From positions 70,520 to 134,519 of the forward strand of contig JBKCPL010000031.1 of NCBI GenBank assembly GCA_046309355.1: a stretch of 64,000 bases of DNA. Direction: 5' to 3'. The notes beneath the pieces are model-generated. The model ran no database searches. It saw only the letters and a list, made by a program, of their open reading frames with translations, and was not told the origin of the DNA. Source of the DNA: Bacteroidota bacterium (lineage in GTDB: Bacteria > Bacteroidota > Bacteroidia > UKL13-3). Made by a program: the position numbers and the translations under genes. Positions 1 to 9,769 of this stretch are shown piece by piece; within the stretch, counting starts at the first letter, position 1; each line of letters starts with the position of its first letter.

Positions 1-725
1 TTTCGGGCCACACCCACCTGCAATAAGGGTGCTGTAAGTTCGAGTGAATTTTGCGGGAGCTTATTATTGGTTTGCAGCAATACCTGTTTTTCGGATTCCG
101 AAAATGAGAAATTCCATACATTAAAAGTTGTAGTGGCATCACGCAGCATAGCTCCAAATCGGTATTGTTTTAGTTGGTACTGCGCGCCTATATCAAAACC
201 AAAGCCCCACGCTCCGGCAAATTCACCTACTACTCTGCGTATGATTTTGGTATTAACCCCCACCGTCAAATTTTCAATCATGGTTTGACGGGCATAGGAA
301 GCCAGAAAAGCGTAATCGATAGCTGAAAAATTCTGAACACGACTAAGATCTAGCTGCCCGTTATTAAATAAATTAAGTGTATTCGGAATGTCATCTACAC
401 CAACACGTATAAACGAAAATGCCAGAGCCGATTTATTGGCCGAATTTAACCGGAAGGCAACTGTACCGTAATCATGTTTTACGATGCCTGCGAATTGCTC
501 GTTATGCATAAGGGCAAATTCCAGGTTGTGGGAAATTTGAGTTAACCCAGCCGGATTCCAGTAAGCAGCCGTAGCATCACTGACTGAAGCCAGACTGGCA
601 TTACCCATGCCTGCAGCACGCGCACCTACACCCAACATCAAAAACTGATTGCTGTATTTTAGTACCTGCGCCTGAACTGCAAATGAGGTACAAACTGCTG
701 CAATGGTGATTAACTTACGGTTCAT
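1..725 (-). CDS. FadL/PorV-family outer-membrane beta-barrel protein, partial. The N-terminus is in the window and the C-terminus lies beyond position 1.
   Basis: Minus-strand ATG at 725..723. My translation reads MNRKLITIAAVCTSFAVQAQ (a signal peptide) ...LGVGARAAGMGNASLASVSDATAAYWNPAGL, which resembles the FadL/TodX/PorV N-terminal 'G.G.RA.AMGGA...NPAgL' motif. The ORF runs off the window edge, so it is absent from the supplied track. Confidence 0.5.
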   Translation of the reverse strand, partial: MNRKLITIAAVCTSFAVQAQVLKYSNQFLMLGVGARAAGMGNASLASVSDATAAYWNPAGLTQISHNLEFALMHNEQFAGIVKHDYGTVAFRLNSANKSALAFSFIRVGVDDIPNTLNLFNNGQLDLSRVQNFSAIDYAFLASYARQTMIENLTVGVNTKIIRRVVGEFAGAWGFGFDIGAQYQLKQYRFGAMLRDATTTFNVWNFSFSESEKQVLLQTNNKLPQNSLELTAPLLQVGVAR

Positions 726-1390
726 CTCTCGGTGAAAATGTGACGCATTTCGTTAAGAATATTTTCTTGTGCGGCAAAATACGTATTTTCCAGCTCAAGC
801 ACTACCTGCCTTAATTTAAGGGCATCGGTAATATTCAGTTCGGATAATCCTGCACGTATCATAATTCTGTTTAACGAATACACAAACTTATTATTGTCGG
901 TATAGTATCGAATATACTGAACCTGCGTAAAATGCCGATATCGGGTAATAAAACCATCAGGGGCAGTAACACCTATTGAGCCAATAAAAATAGTGAGGTC
1001 TTTATCTGTGAGTGCACCTAAATCTTCATAAAACCGGTCGACATATACCTGATGAGATTTCAGTATGGTTCTATCAAGCAACAGTTCAAATAAGATGTGG
1101 GCTAAAAACCATTTGCGTTGTAGGTTTTGCGAAAATGCTGTTTTCTTAATCACCGCATTTACTTCATTTAAATAGTGCACAAAAAATGCCGATGCATGAA
1201 ATTTTTTGTCGGAAGCGATATGCTGTACACATCCGGCAAAAATATCTTTGTATGGATTATTAGAGGCATCAACATGATGCAACAAACCGGCTTTAAAATA
1301 ACCGCGTGCCAAATCGGGAATTATCAAACCGGCATTGTAATGTGCATTACCAACTTGATTATCGATATAATAGTGTGCGAGATAATTCAA
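722..1390 (-). CDS. acpH: Acyl carrier protein phosphodiesterase (AcpH family).
   Basis: The N-terminus MNYLAHYYIDNQ...GLIIPDLARGY resembles the AcpH consensus (MNFLAHLHLA...). The length of 222 aa fits. The start is TTG in the ORF track. The stop shares 4 bp with the start of the upstream outer-membrane-protein gene. Confidence 0.7.
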   Translation of the reverse strand: MNYLAHYYIDNQVGNAHYNAGLIIPDLARGYFKAGLLHHVDASNNPYKDIFAGCVQHIASDKKFHASAFFVHYLNEVNAVIKKTAFSQNLQRKWFLAHILFELLLDRTILKSHQVYVDRFYEDLGALTDKDLTIFIGSIGVTAPDGFITRYRHFTQVQYIRYYTDNNKFVYSLNRIMIRAGLSELNITDALKLRQVVLELENTYFAAQENILNEMRHIFTER

Positions 1391-1402
1391 CTGAAAGGTG
1401 GG

Positions 1403-1558
1403 TTATTTTTTTATTAGTCCCTTCTTGTTATACTTTACATGATAACTCTTGTTGGGATCTTCAAATGTGGCGCACCCTTTTTTTGATTTACACGATATAA
1501 AAAGTGTGAACACACAAAGCAGAAGCATACCAGTATAATGTGCTGTAGATTTTTTCAT
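1403..1558 (-). CDS. Small putative lipoprotein of about 51 aa.
   Basis: An internal ATG gives MKKSTAHYTGMLLLCVFTLFISCKS..., a signal peptide with a lipobox-like LFISC. The stop lies 13 bp upstream of the acpH start. There is no homology support. Confidence 0.3.
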   Translation of the reverse strand: MKKSTAHYTGMLLLCVFTLFISCKSKKGCATFEDPNKSYHVKYNKKGLIKK

Positions 1559-1570
1559 GCTATGCGAATA

Positions 1571-1604
1571 TAAATAGAAAAGTCCCACTTTTAAGGGTGG
1601 GACT
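1571..1604 (-). terminator. Rho-independent terminator downstream of the histone-like gene.
   Basis: Inverted repeat agtcccac / gtgggact with an 8-nt loop, followed on the minus strand by a T-rich run (ttttctattta). Confidence 0.5.
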
Positions 1605-1629
1605 TTCAATGTTGGAAACTGCAAGAAGC

Positions 1630-1842
1630 TTATTTCTTCTTAGGAGCAGCTTTCTTAGTAGCGGCTTTCTTAGGAGCAGCTTTCTTAGCGGCTTTCTTAG
1701 GAGCAGCTTTCTTAGCAGCTTTCTTAGGAGCAGCCTTCTTAGCAGCTTTTTTAGGAGCAGCTTTCTTAGCAGCTTTTTTAGGAGCGGCTTTCTTTGCAGC
1801 TGATTTAGTTGGAGCTGCTTTTTTGGTTTTTTTAGTTGCCAT
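1630..1842 (-). CDS. Histone H1-like, lysine- and alanine-rich nucleoid-associated protein.
   Basis: The 70-aa product is MATKKTKKAAPTKSAAKKAAPKKAAKKAAPKK... made of repeated PKKAAKKAA units. It is a low-complexity basic protein like the bacterial Hc1/H1-like proteins. Confidence 0.65.
   Translation of the reverse strand: MATKKTKKAAPTKSAAKKAAPKKAAKKAAPKKAAKKAAPKKAAKKAAPKKAAKKAAPKKAATKKAAPKKK
1648..1800. repeat. Tandem 27-nt repeat of about six copies inside the histone-like CDS.
   Basis: The unit ttaggagcagctttcttagc(g/a)gctttc repeats almost perfectly, and each unit encodes PKKAAKKAA on the minus strand. The plus-strand ORF 1597..1803 is a mirror artefact of this repeat. Confidence 0.85.
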
Positions 1843-2344
1843 GTTTTTAAATATTTAAATTGATTACGAAAACAAAGTTATATATCTCTTTAAATAATTC
1901 AAGTATGTGTTCATTATCAATGAAAAAAAATTCCCTCACAAAACTGTTGATAACTGTGTATACATATCTTAACATATTGATTTTACTAATACTCGCACGA
2001 ATCATCTATCAACAAAAAAAAATAAATATTTTTTGTGCGAGCGTTAAAATTTTATGCGTTACATAGTACTCAACGGCTGCATCACTATTTTTCAAAAGTA
2101 ATTTACATTGTCCGAAACAGTTGATTCTACTAATATCTTCAGCGATAAATCAACTTAATGCAATGTGATTTTACACAATACGGGCATTCATAGTAAAAAA
2201 ATCAAAAGTGGTTTGTACACGATTTTTTGAAGCTTTAGTAGTATATTTTTTTATACACGCCAATTACAACTCGTCTACTCATGTACATATCCTGAATTTA
2301 TTTATCATGCATGAATTCATCAATCAAAATGATAATATTGAAGA

Positions 2345-3601
2345 ATGAGTTACGCAAAAATAAATGCAGCTATTCTCACGATAGGTGATGAAATTTTAAT
2401 CGGTCAGGTTACTGATACTAACTCTGCATGGCTTGGTCAGGAATTGAGCAAAGCAGGTATACGCGTCAATTTCAGAATATCTGTCGGTGATGATGAATCG
2501 CACATACTCGATGCGCTCGACAAAGCTTCGAAATATGCAGATATAGTTATTACTACAGGTGGACTTGGTCCTACCAAAGATGATAAAACCAAACAAGCAT
2601 TTTGTACATACTTCCACACACATCTTATTGAACATGCTGAAGTGCTTGAGTGGGTGACTCGCATTTTCAGGATGCGTAAATTACCCATGCTGGAGTCAAA
2701 TAAATTTCAGGCAATGGTACCTGCTGCATGCGAGGTATTGTTTAACAGAAGTGGTACTGCTCCGGGTATGTTATTTAAAAAAGACAAAAAAGTTTTTGTA
2801 AGCATGCCGGGTGTTCCGTTTGAAATGAAAACTATTTTTACCGAACATGTGCTACCGGCTATTCAGTCATCCTTTGATCTTCCGTTCATACTTCACCGCA
2901 CTATACAAACGGCATCTATTGGCGAATCATTTCTGGCTGAGAAAATAAAACAATGGGAATCTGATTTGCCTGAACATATTCAATTGGCCTATTTGCCTTC
3001 TGTGGGTTTAGTGCGATTGAGATTAAGTGGATACAGCAACAACCAAAATCAACTTGAGCTTGAAATGAATAACTGTATTGCTGAACTGTACCGCATTGCA
3101 GGTGAGTATATTTTTGGTGAAGAAAATGATACGCTTGCCGATGTTGTAGGTAGGCTGCTAACTTCAAAAGGTTATTCAGTAGCAACAGCAGAAAGTTGCA
3201 CAGGTGGTTATGCAGCACATCTGATTACTTCCATTCCCGGAAGTTCGGCTTATTACAAAGGCAGCATTATCAGTTACGCCAACGAAATAAAAACATCCGA
3301 ATTAAATGTGACAGATGAAATACTGCGAACACATGGCGCAGTTAGCGAACAATGTGTAAAGCAGATGGCTGAAGAAGTGTGCAAAAAATTTAATACTACA
3401 TACGGTATTGCAACCAGCGGCATTGCCGGACCCGGTGGAGGAACAGATGAGAAGCCTGTAGGCACCGTTTGGATTGCCGTACACACACCGTCTGAAACCA
3501 TTGTCCGTAAATTTAATATGGGTGATAACCGCGAACGCACCATACAACGCACTGCATTACAGGCCTTGGATATGCTGCGTAAAGAATTACTAAAGAAGTA
3601 A
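2345..3601 (+). CDS. cinA: Competence/damage-inducible protein CinA (an MoCF-type N-terminal domain plus a PncC-like nicotinamide-nucleotide amidase C-terminal domain).
   Basis: MSYAKINAAILTIGDEILIGQVTDTNSAWL is the classic CinA N-terminus. The C-terminal half reads ...ATAESCTGG...GIATSGIAGPGGG, which is CinA_C-like. Confidence 0.9.
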   Translation: MSYAKINAAILTIGDEILIGQVTDTNSAWLGQELSKAGIRVNFRISVGDDESHILDALDKASKYADIVITTGGLGPTKDDKTKQAFCTYFHTHLIEHAEVLEWVTRIFRMRKLPMLESNKFQAMVPAACEVLFNRSGTAPGMLFKKDKKVFVSMPGVPFEMKTIFTEHVLPAIQSSFDLPFILHRTIQTASIGESFLAEKIKQWESDLPEHIQLAYLPSVGLVRLRLSGYSNNQNQLELEMNNCIAELYRIAGEYIFGEENDTLADVVGRLLTSKGYSVATAESCTGGYAAHLITSIPGSSAYYKGSIISYANEIKTSELNVTDEILRTHGAVSEQCVKQMAEEVCKKFNTTYGIATSGIAGPGGGTDEKPVGTVWIAVHTPSETIVRKFNMGDNRERTIQRTALQALDMLRKELLKK

Positions 3602-3677
3602 ACGACAACCTTTTTACTCAGCCGTTGGCATAAGTGAATCAAAAACATAAATTTGCCCGACATAACACATCTATAAT

Positions 3678-5012
3678 ATGGCAGAATTTCAGTTGGTCAT
3701 GCCCAAAATGGGCGAAAGCATTGCAGAGGCAACAATTATTCGATGGTCTAAAAACGAAGGAGATTCCATTGCAGCAGATGAAACCGTGCTGGAGATAGCA
3801 ACCGATAAAGTAGACAGCGAAGTCCCATCGCCAAAAGGAGGTGTGCTGAAGAAAAAATTATTTAAAGAAAATGATGTGGTAGCAGTGGGAACTGCTATAG
3901 CTATAATAGAAACAGAAGCATCGGCTGCCGCTGCGCCTACACCTACACCGCCTGCTGAGGTGAAAAAGGCTGCTGCAGAAGTTGAGAAAACTGTTGAGGT
4001 AGCTAAACAACTTATACAAACTACACCGGCACCATCTAATTCCGGAAACAGGTTTTACTCGCCTTTGGTTCTAAATATTGCCAAAGAAGAAAACATATCC
4101 ATGATTGAACTGGAAAAGATAGCGGGTACAGGAAGTGAAGGCCGTGTTACAAAACGCGATATATTAGCCTACGTGCAAAACAGAGCAGGAGCATCTGCAA
4201 ATACAACACCGTCAACAGCTGCTGCTCCGGTTCAGAATTACGTAAACGAAACTGCTCCGGCTGCAGTTTCAAAACCTACAAGTGGAAAAATCACCCTCAT
4301 GCAGGGCGATGAAATTATAGAAATGGACCGCATGCGCAAACTCATTGCCGATCACATGGTGATGAGCAAAGCAACTTCCCCTCACGTTACCTCATTTGTG
4401 GAAGCCGATGTTACCAATATGGTACTATGGCGTGAAAAGGTGAAAAAGAATTTTGAAAAACGCGAAGGAGAAAAAATCACATTTACTCCATTATTTATAG
4501 AGTGCGTAGTAAAAGCCATTAAAGACTATCCGATGATAAATATTTCGGTAGACGGCAATCAGATTATAAAACGCAAAAATATAAATATAGGTATGGCTGC
4601 TGCACTGCCAAGCGGTAACTTGATTGTTCCTGTTATTAAAAATGCGGACACCATGAATATGGTTGGCCTTACGAAATCTGTCAATGACATGGCTAACCGT
4701 GCACGTGCCAATAAACTCGCCCCGGATGAAATTCAGGGCGGAACATTTACACTAACCAATGTAGGAGGTTTTGGAAATGTAATGGGCACACCTATTATCA
4801 ATCAACCTCAGGTGGCCATTATGGCTACCGGATCTATTAAAAAGAAACCTGCTGTACTTGAAACCGAAATGGGAGATGTAATTGCCATTCGTCACATCAT
4901 GTTTCTTTCACTCAGCTACGACCACCGTGTGGTAGATGGATCACTGGGCGGATCTTTCCTGCGCAGGGTAGCCGACTACATGGAACAATGGGATATGAAT
5001 AGAGAGTATTAA
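3678..5012 (+). CDS. Dihydrolipoamide acyltransferase, the E2 component of a 2-oxoacid dehydrogenase complex.
   Basis: There is an N-terminal lipoyl domain (ATDKV region) and an Ala/Pro-rich linker. The C-terminal catalytic domain carries the SLSYDHRVVDG motif. Whether it is SucB, PdhC or a Bkd E2 cannot be decided by eye. Confidence 0.85.
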   Translation: MAEFQLVMPKMGESIAEATIIRWSKNEGDSIAADETVLEIATDKVDSEVPSPKGGVLKKKLFKENDVVAVGTAIAIIETEASAAAAPTPTPPAEVKKAAAEVEKTVEVAKQLIQTTPAPSNSGNRFYSPLVLNIAKEENISMIELEKIAGTGSEGRVTKRDILAYVQNRAGASANTTPSTAAAPVQNYVNETAPAAVSKPTSGKITLMQGDEIIEMDRMRKLIADHMVMSKATSPHVTSFVEADVTNMVLWREKVKKNFEKREGEKITFTPLFIECVVKAIKDYPMINISVDGNQIIKRKNINIGMAAALPSGNLIVPVIKNADTMNMVGLTKSVNDMANRARANKLAPDEIQGGTFTLTNVGGFGNVMGTPIINQPQVAIMATGSIKKKPAVLETEMGDVIAIRHIMFLSLSYDHRVVDGSLGGSFLRRVADYMEQWDMNREY

Positions 5013-5035
5013 TTCCTTTAAAGAAAAAATCCCCA

Positions 5036-5068
5036 CTTACACGTGGGGATTTTTTTTACGTAGCATAA
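5036..5068. terminator. Bidirectional rho-independent terminator between convergent genes.
   Basis: A ccccac / gtgggg stem is flanked by an A-run on one side and a T9 run on the other (aaaaaatccccacttacacgtggggattttttttt). Confidence 0.7.
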
Positions 5069-5103
5069 AGGCTAGTCACCTAAAGTTGAATTTCATTCAA
5101 AGG

Positions 5104-6475
5104 TTAATCAGGAAGAAATTTCATTCGGTAACCAAAATCGTTCAGACGCTCGAAATACGCAGCTCTTAATGTATCGGATGAGCAGTATGAATAGTGAATA
5201 TTCTGTCTTACACTCGGATTTAAAACATACACCACGCCTGCTACCCTGAATGGATAATAGCTATTGTCGCAGCTCTCTTTAAATATCAGAGGCCTAATGC
5301 CCGGTTTTACAGTTTGAATTCTTTGTGCACGCACTTTCCACTCATTTTTCCGAATTGTAGTTTCGTACACATCCCCGGTAACACGATTTAACTGCAATAC
5401 CAGAAAGGCAAACAATATCCACTGGAATTTTTTTTGAGTCAATGTACGTTGGAAAAGAGCCATGATAAAAAATGGAACGATATAAAAACCAAATGTAAAA
5501 TACCTGGACTCCCACACACGTATACCTGCAAAGGTCATAGCCAGAACCAGTAGCAGAACAAATGAGATAAAAACTATGGCAACAGCAGAAAGTGGATTAG
5601 TTAGTCGAATTTGCTTGTGCGATACGGAATAGTATACCAGAACCACAAACGTAGTGGATGTTAACAGCGCATCAACCTTGTCACTTACAAACGGAAAATC
5701 GGGAAGCAGTATCCATCTGAATGGCCACTCAGCTATGGAAGGATGAAACCGTAACGTAAACAACTCGGGACTATACGTATCGGTTATATACACATTGAAG
5801 GCAGAAATCTGAAAAAACAATGCATATATAAATGCAGCTACACATACCGAGAGCATGGCTTTAGCCACCTCACGAAAATCGGATGTGGTAAAAAAGCATA
5901 GAATAAGTAACAAGGCATGCCATATGATTAACTGCGGATTAATCAGCAAGGATATCAACTGAACAATGATGATATAAATACACTGACGCATTGTGAATGT
6001 GCGCACATTCATAAAAAGCTGTAATGACAATAGGGCGAACACCAGGGTTATTGCATAAAATCTGCCATCGCTGGCCAGATAAAAACCCAAATTAGAAAAC
6101 AAGGTGAGTACACCAGCTATACTAAGTGCCTGCTTGTGCTTGAAATAAGGAGCAAATATCCTGTACACTAAATAAGCAGCCACTAGCCAACAGGCAAGCG
6201 AAAGTAATCTTTGCACATATATGTGATAGCCAAACAGGCGAAACACCGCATGTAAAATTGTTGCGTGTAGGTACGAATGGTCGGCACCGGATGCTATATG
6301 CAACCATACGTCACCGACCGAAAACAAGTCGGGATCGGAATGCATGAAAGACAAGGCCTCATCTCCCCGCACCGGATTGTATAAAATATGCTGAGTTATG
6401 GTAAATAAACCTGTAGCTGAAATCAGCAAAAGGACAAGGTAGTTGAGCTGCTTAAGCCGCCTTAAGGTGAACATG
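5104..6475 (-). CDS. Polytopic membrane protein, probably a GT39/ArnT-like glycosyltransferase.
   Basis: The 459-aa ORF has more than ten hydrophobic helices and an overall PMT/ArnT-like layout. The start is set to the ATG at 6475 because the track's 6483 start is TTG. The family assignment is tentative. Confidence 0.45.
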
Positions 6476-6547
6476 CGTATCAAATGTAAGATTTCGGTTT
6501 CAAATACAAGGTATTGCTCTAATTTTGCTGCATAAACAACTCATCGG

Positions 6548-7282
6548 ATGATACTGGGAATAATTCCTGCACGCTATGCTTCAACCCGTCTGCCCGGCAA
6601 ACCATTGCTGGATATAGGCGGCAAAACCATGATACAACGTGTATATGAACAATGTGTGAAATGCGAATTATTGACCGATGTGGTTATTGCAACCGATGAT
6701 CAGCGCATAGCTGACCATGCTCGAACATTTGGAGCACAAGTTGTACTCACCTCCGCTGAGCATCAAAGTGGTACCGATAGGTGTGCCGAAGCGGTAAGCA
6801 AGTTACCCGGTAAGTACAGCGTAGTCATCAATATTCAGGGGGATGAGCCATTTATAGATCCCGAACAAATCAATACGTTAATCAAGTGTTTTGAAGACAA
6901 TTCCGTAACTATTGCATCGCTGTATAAGCAACTGCCGCGTGAACAAGATGCCCAATTTCCCAATGTGGTTAAAGTGGTATTAAATAAATCGGGCAATGCC
7001 TTGTACTTTTCGCGATCGGTTATTCCCTACCGCAGAAGCCCCGATGCTGCCATTGACTACTACAAACACATAGGACTGTATGGATACCGCACCGAAACCT
7101 TACTGGAATTAACGCGCCTTAAACCCACCATGCTTGAAACAGCTGAGTCGCTGGAACAATTACGCTGGCTCGAATCAGGCTACAGCATTCGTATGTGCGA
7201 AACGCATCTCGAAACACTATCTATTGATACACCCAATGATTTACTGCTTGTTGAAAAATACTTGAAAAGTAGTTTAGAATAA
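6548..7282 (+). CDS. kdsB: 3-deoxy-manno-octulosonate cytidylyltransferase (CMP-KDO synthetase).
   Basis: MILGIIPARYASTRLPGKPL... matches the KdsB consensus and the length is 244 aa. Confidence 0.9.
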   Translation: MILGIIPARYASTRLPGKPLLDIGGKTMIQRVYEQCVKCELLTDVVIATDDQRIADHARTFGAQVVLTSAEHQSGTDRCAEAVSKLPGKYSVVINIQGDEPFIDPEQINTLIKCFEDNSVTIASLYKQLPREQDAQFPNVVKVVLNKSGNALYFSRSVIPYRRSPDAAIDYYKHIGLYGYRTETLLELTRLKPTMLETAESLEQLRWLESGYSIRMCETHLETLSIDTPNDLLLVEKYLKSSLE

Positions 7283-7306
7283 TTTCGTTTGGCCGGGGAT
7301 GTCATA

Positions 7307-7314
7307 TACATTTG
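7307..7314 (+). promoter_or_regulatory. Candidate Bacteroidota sigmaA -7 box (TACATTTG) upstream of pyrG.
   Basis: It matches TAnnTTTG and lies 67 nt upstream of the pyrG ATG. It was read by eye only. Confidence 0.3.
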
Positions 7315-7380
7315 TATCCCGTACAGTAAATAACCGTGGCTTGCACATCAACTGTATTTCGCGGTTAAAATCAACAACTT

Positions 7381-8994
7381 ATGCATTCACCAAAATACAT
7401 CTTCGTTACTGGCGGGGTTACATCATCATTAGGCAAAGGAATTATCTCTGCATCGCTAGCCAAACTGCTGCAAGCTCGTGGCTATTCCGTTACCATTCAA
7501 AAATTTGACCCGTATATCAATGTTGACCCGGGCACTCTGAACCCCTACGAACACGGTGAATGCTATGTAACTGAAGACGGTGCCGAAACGGACCTTGACC
7601 TGGGACACTACGAGCGTTTTTTAAATGTTCCCACATCACAGGCCAACAATGTAACCACAGGACGAATTTATCAGTATGTTATAGACAAAGAACGTGAAGG
7701 CGCATACCTCGGAAAAACGGTGCAGGTTATTCCACATATTACCGATGAAATCAAGAGAAGGATGAAATTGTTAGGCGAGTCGGGCAAATATGAAATTGTC
7801 ATTACCGAACTGGGCGGCACGGTAGGCGATATTGAATCGCTGCCGTATATAGAAGCAGTAAGACAATTAAAGTGGGAACTAAAGCAGGAAGATTGCATGG
7901 TAATACATCTTACGCTACTACCCTACCTGGCTACTTCTCACGAGCTAAAAACAAAACCCACACAACACTCGGTTAAATTGTTGCTTGAATCAGGCGTGCA
8001 GCCTGATGTATTGGTGTGCCGTGCCGAACATCCCATCAGCAAGGAAATAAAAAAGAAAATTGCGCTGTTTTGCAACGTCACTTCCAATGCAGTTATAGAA
8101 GCACTGGATATGCCTACCATATATGATGTTCCAATGGCCATGCTGAAAGAGAAACTGGATAAAACCGTACTCTCACGTTTAAAATTATCGGCCAAGAATG
8201 AACCCGATATGGTAAGCTGGTTGAATTTTTTAACCCGGCATAAAAACCCCAAACACGAGGTGAAAATTGGCCTTATTGGTAAGTATGTAGAATTGCCTGA
8301 TGCATATAAATCCATTGCGGAGGCTTTTATACATGCCGGTGCATTTCATCAGTGCAGGGTAAAACTGGAGTACATCCACTCCGAGTTGATTACCGAAGAA
8401 AATGCCGAGCACAAATTAAACCACCTGGATGGGGTGCTGGTGGCACCGGGCTTTGGCGACCGAGGCATTGAAGGAAAAATTGCAGCTGTAAAATACGTAC
8501 GCGAAAATAAAATCCCATTCTTTGGTATATGTCTGGGTATGCAAATTTGTGTTATTGAATTTGGCCGGAGTATATTAGGATTTAAAGATGCACACTCAAC
8601 GGAAATGAATCCAAAAACAAAGCACCCCGTAATTGACATGATGCCCGAACAAAAGAAAATAAGCAACAAAGGGGGTACCATGCGATTAGGTGCATACGTG
8701 TGCGAATTGGTAAAAGGCAGTCATGCACAAAAAGCGTACGATAAATCGAAAGTGACTGAACGCCACAGACACCGTTTTGAGTTTAACAATAAGTTTCAAA
8801 AAGACTACGAGAAGGCCGGTATGGTAATAACAGGTGTGAACCCGGAAACCAAACTGGCCGAAATTGTAGAAATAAAAGATCATCCCTACTTTGTGGGTGT
8901 ACAATTTCACCCCGAATATAAAAGTACTGTACAAAACCCCCACCCGCTATTTATACGTTTTATTAAAGCGGCTATTGAGTATAGCAATAGTTAA
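7381..8994 (+). CDS. pyrG: CTP synthase.
   Basis: MHSPKYIFVTGGVTSSLGKGI... is the PyrG N-terminus. The C-terminal glutamine amidotransferase domain has GICLGMQ. Confidence 0.95.
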   Translation: MHSPKYIFVTGGVTSSLGKGIISASLAKLLQARGYSVTIQKFDPYINVDPGTLNPYEHGECYVTEDGAETDLDLGHYERFLNVPTSQANNVTTGRIYQYVIDKEREGAYLGKTVQVIPHITDEIKRRMKLLGESGKYEIVITELGGTVGDIESLPYIEAVRQLKWELKQEDCMVIHLTLLPYLATSHELKTKPTQHSVKLLLESGVQPDVLVCRAEHPISKEIKKKIALFCNVTSNAVIEALDMPTIYDVPMAMLKEKLDKTVLSRLKLSAKNEPDMVSWLNFLTRHKNPKHEVKIGLIGKYVELPDAYKSIAEAFIHAGAFHQCRVKLEYIHSELITEENAEHKLNHLDGVLVAPGFGDRGIEGKIAAVKYVRENKIPFFGICLGMQICVIEFGRSILGFKDAHSTEMNPKTKHPVIDMMPEQKKISNKGGTMRLGAYVCELVKGSHAQKAYDKSKVTERHRHRFEFNNKFQKDYEKAGMVITGVNPETKLAEIVEIKDHPYFVGVQFHPEYKSTVQNPHPLFIRFIKAAIEYSNS

Positions 8995-9051
8995 GTTGTA
9001 ATTATGAGGGTATTTATTAATTTGCTTGTGTAATTATTAAAACCATCACAC

Positions 9052-9669
9052 ATGAAATTTACTAAACACCTAATCATCATTTCAGCGTACGTTATTGCTG
9101 TTAGTTCTTGTTCAACTGAAAAATTTTCTTTTCGAACTAAATTAAAAGTATCTGACGAAGAACTTGCAGCGATTAAACATCAGCGAGAATCTCATCCAAG
9201 ACGAATTTCTCCAGAATTTCTAACAAATTCTTCAACTCAGCCAGTGCAGAACGAAGTGCTACAACAAAATCAGAGTAACACTACTGCATCAATCCAACTC
9301 GAATCTGTTCATGTCAATCCTGATGCACCGGCAAATAAGTTTGAAAATGAAACAACCGCACCTTTAGTAGAAGATAAAAGAACATCTGAAATCGATGAAC
9401 AGGTAAAAAACGACACCCCTGAAAAAAAATCTGACACTAAAGACGATGAAGGACAAACAGACGGAATGGCAATAGCAAGCTTTATACTTTCAATAGCAGG
9501 ATTTTTTATTGCAGGCTTAATACTCGGCACCTTAAGTATAATCTTTGGAGCAATTGGACTTGCCAGAACATCCGGTGGCAAGAAAAAGGGACTTGGACTG
9601 GCAATCGCGGGTTTAGTAATAGGAATACTTGATGTATTGTTAGTCTTAATTCTACTTTCTTCTTTGTAA
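9052..9669 (+). CDS. Lipoprotein with a C-terminal DUF4190-like double transmembrane segment.
   Basis: It has a signal peptide and an ...AVSSC lipobox, then an acidic, Ser/Thr/Glu-rich linker. The C-terminus reads AIASFILSIAGFFIAGLILGTLSIIFGAIGLARTSGGKKKGL..., which is DUF4190-like. Confidence 0.45.
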   Translation: MKFTKHLIIISAYVIAVSSCSTEKFSFRTKLKVSDEELAAIKHQRESHPRRISPEFLTNSSTQPVQNEVLQQNQSNTTASIQLESVHVNPDAPANKFENETTAPLVEDKRTSEIDEQVKNDTPEKKSDTKDDEGQTDGMAIASFILSIAGFFIAGLILGTLSIIFGAIGLARTSGGKKKGLGLAIAGLVIGILDVLLVLILLSSL

Positions 9670-9691
9670 GTGTCAGATTGTAAATACTAAT

Positions 9692-9722
9692 AAAAAGCTA
9701 CCACTCGGTAGCTTTTTTATTT
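9692..9722 (+). terminator. Rho-independent terminator.
   Basis: aaaaagctaccactcggtagcttttttatttt forms a perfect stem followed by a T-run. Confidence 0.7.
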
Positions 9723-9739
9723 TATTCCCCGATAAATAA

Positions 9740-9747
9740 TACTTTTG
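9740..9747 (+). promoter_or_regulatory. Candidate -7 box (TACTTTTG) upstream of yidC.
   Basis: It matches TAnnTTTG and lies 23 nt upstream of the yidC ATG. Confidence 0.3.
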
Positions 9748-9769
9748 CTTCCACTTTTTTGAATTAGTC

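Noticed and set aside
67-288. A plus-strand 73-aa ORF at the window start.
   Set aside because: It lies antisense within a longer minus-strand ORF that has a convincing signal peptide and a FadL-like motif, and it has no features of its own.
1648-1800. Possible CRISPR-like array of direct repeats.
   Set aside because: The repeats are contiguous with no spacers and are in-frame coding sequence for a lysine- and alanine-rich protein. No cas genes are present.
1597-1803. A plus-strand 68-aa ORF (SSFLSSGFLRSSFL...) inside the 27-nt repeat.
   Set aside because: It is the mirror-strand reading of the K/A-rich histone-like gene. The repetitive serine, phenylalanine and leucine composition is an artefact of the repeat.
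7299-7508. A 69-aa ORF overlapping the pyrG start.
   Set aside because: It is out of frame with the strongly conserved PyrG N-terminus.
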